DNA of 17,488 nucleotides, taken from NCBI GenBank assembly GCA_040222015.1, contig JAVJWO010000201.1:1-17488 (forward strand). Reading direction: 5' to 3'. The notes under the pieces are model-generated. The model was given only the letters and a program-made list of their open reading frames with translations, was not told the origin of the DNA and made no database searches. A program made the position numbers and the translations under genes. Source of the stretch: Coleofasciculus chthonoplastes F2-STO-03 (GTDB taxonomy: Bacteria > Cyanobacteriota > Cyanobacteriia > Cyanobacteriales > Coleofasciculaceae). Shown piece after piece: positions 16,759-17,488 of this stretch (the stretch's first letter is position 1; each line of letters starts with the position of its first letter).

Positions 16759-16814
16759 GAATTGCTCCTCCTTACACCGTCGTCTAACCTGGATATTTTT
16801 ATTCTATGTCATTT

Positions 16815-16915
16815 TTGACGTACTTTCTGGGAAACTGTTATCTTTGTTAGACGTACTTTCTAGAAAAGTGTTATTCTTGTTAGACGTACTTTTTGAAAAA
16901 GTGCTATCCTTGCCA
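16815..16915 (+). promoter_or_regulatory. Three tandem 33-bp units, each a sigma70-like promoter with a palindromic operator-like site in the spacer
   Basis: Units 16817-16849, 16850-16882 and 16883-16915. -35-like TTGACG/TAGACG/TAGACG at 16815, 16848 and 16881. An 18-bp spacer contains ACTTT-N5-AAA(C/G)T. Extended -10 TGn-TATCTT/TATTCT/TATCCT at 16839, 16872 and 16905. The repeat is certain; the function is inferred. Confidence 0.6.
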
Positions 16916-17056
16916 TATAAGCAATTGAGCGCCCCTAGCTGAAACTAGAGACGCTCTCGATTGCTTACAAATTCCGCTGAGCGACTGGCTGCAACCCATG
17001 ACGCTCTTTGATTTGTTTATTTGTTGTTTATGGTCTCGAAAGACCAAAGGATACCC

Positions 17057-17287
17057 ATGCGTAATAGGAACAGTATACCCATGTCTAATAATAACAAAGA
17101 ACAGGTCATCCTAGTTAAAGCGACTCCCCCTGATCCGCCTCTACCCCCTGAATCCGGGAATATCAGCTCCCTGATGGTGAATGGCGGAGTAGCGGTTGCT
17201 GTAATTCTGGCAATGGCGTATTTCTCGCAAATTCAGCTTAAGTCAATTGCTGAGTTGCTCAAAACGGTAAACAAGCCTAGGAAATAG
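17057..17287 (+). CDS. Small single-pass membrane protein of unknown function (76 aa; 68 aa if started at 17081)
   Basis: AAGG RBS before the ATG at 17057. Pro-rich segment TPPDPPLPP, hydrophobic LMVNGGVAVAVILAMAYF, then an amphipathic basic tail LKSIAELLKTVNKPRK. Confidence 0.7.
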   Translation: MRNRNSIPMSNNNKEQVILVKATPPDPPLPPESGNISSLMVNGGVAVAVILAMAYFSQIQLKSIAELLKTVNKPRK

Positions 17288-17304
17288 GTCAAACTGTCTT
17301 ACTG

Positions 17305-17368
17305 TTCCCCTCTTGCTCCCCTCTTGCTCCCCTCTTACTCCCCTCTTACTCCCCTCTTGCTCCCCTCT
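17305..17368. repeat. 11-bp tandem array CTCCCCTCTT(G/A), five units plus a partial
   Basis: Units at 17305, 17316, 17327, 17338, 17349 and a partial at 17360 that runs into the palindrome. Confidence 0.92.
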
Positions 17369-17488
17369 CCCAAGCTTGGGAGAGGGGCTGGGGGTGAGGG
17401 CTGGCTTGGGAGAGGGGCTGGGGGTGAGGGCTGGCTTGGGAGAGGGGCTGGGGGTGAGGGCTAGCTTGGGAGAGGGGCTGGGGGTGAG
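17362..17488. repeat. Perfect 26-bp palindrome followed by a 30-bp G-rich tandem array
   Basis: CCCCTCTCCCAAG-CTTGGGAGAGGGG (17362-17387); unit GCTTGGGAGAGGGGCTGGGGGTGAGGGCT(G/A) at 17374, 17404, 17434 and 17464 (truncated by the window end). Confidence 0.95.

Noticed and set aside
16817..16915. Possible mini-CRISPR (33-bp period)
   Set aside because: The whole unit is repeated with scattered substitutions; there is no repeat-spacer alternation.
16625..16942. 105-aa plus-strand ORF with DVLxxKxLxLL repeats
   Set aside because: Starts antisense inside the ATPase gene and crosses a dispersed repeat. The 11-aa periodicity follows from the 33-bp DNA repeat, which is better explained as promoter/operator. 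Not fully excluded.
17374..17488. Possible CRISPR array (30-bp repeats)
   Set aside because: Head-to-tail tandem copies without spacers.

Overview
Cyanobacterial chromosomal DNA: at least 12 HIP1 octamers (GCGATCGC), STRR2 heptamer arrays, and crr6 and furC-type genes. The repeat-laden intergenic DNA suggests a filamentous strain, but the genus cannot be fixed from sequence alone. Gene order: a 2014-aa secreted-type filamentous-haemagglutinin (TPS) / LamG / 61-aa-repeat / CHAT protease (-), a FurC/PerR-type Fur regulator (-), CRR6 (+), a GT9 glycosyltransferase (-), ispD (+), a sulfotransferase (+), an orphan HAMP histidine kinase (-), a P-loop ATPase-wHTH-TPR protein (-), and a divergent small single-TM protein (+). 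Most intergenic gaps carry GTAG-type REP-like palindromes, MITE-like shells or tiny nested repeats, and both window ends lie inside tandem arrays. The best candidate for an undescribed system is 14330-17287. It comprises a STAND/NLR-like ATPase-wHTH-TPR gene, an unannotated 32-codon ORF with a strong RBS coupled to that gene by an ATGA overlap, three tandem 33-bp units that each read as a sigma70-type promoter with a palindrome between -35 and -10, and the small membrane protein those promoters face. No CRISPR array, tRNA, rRNA or transposase was recognised.
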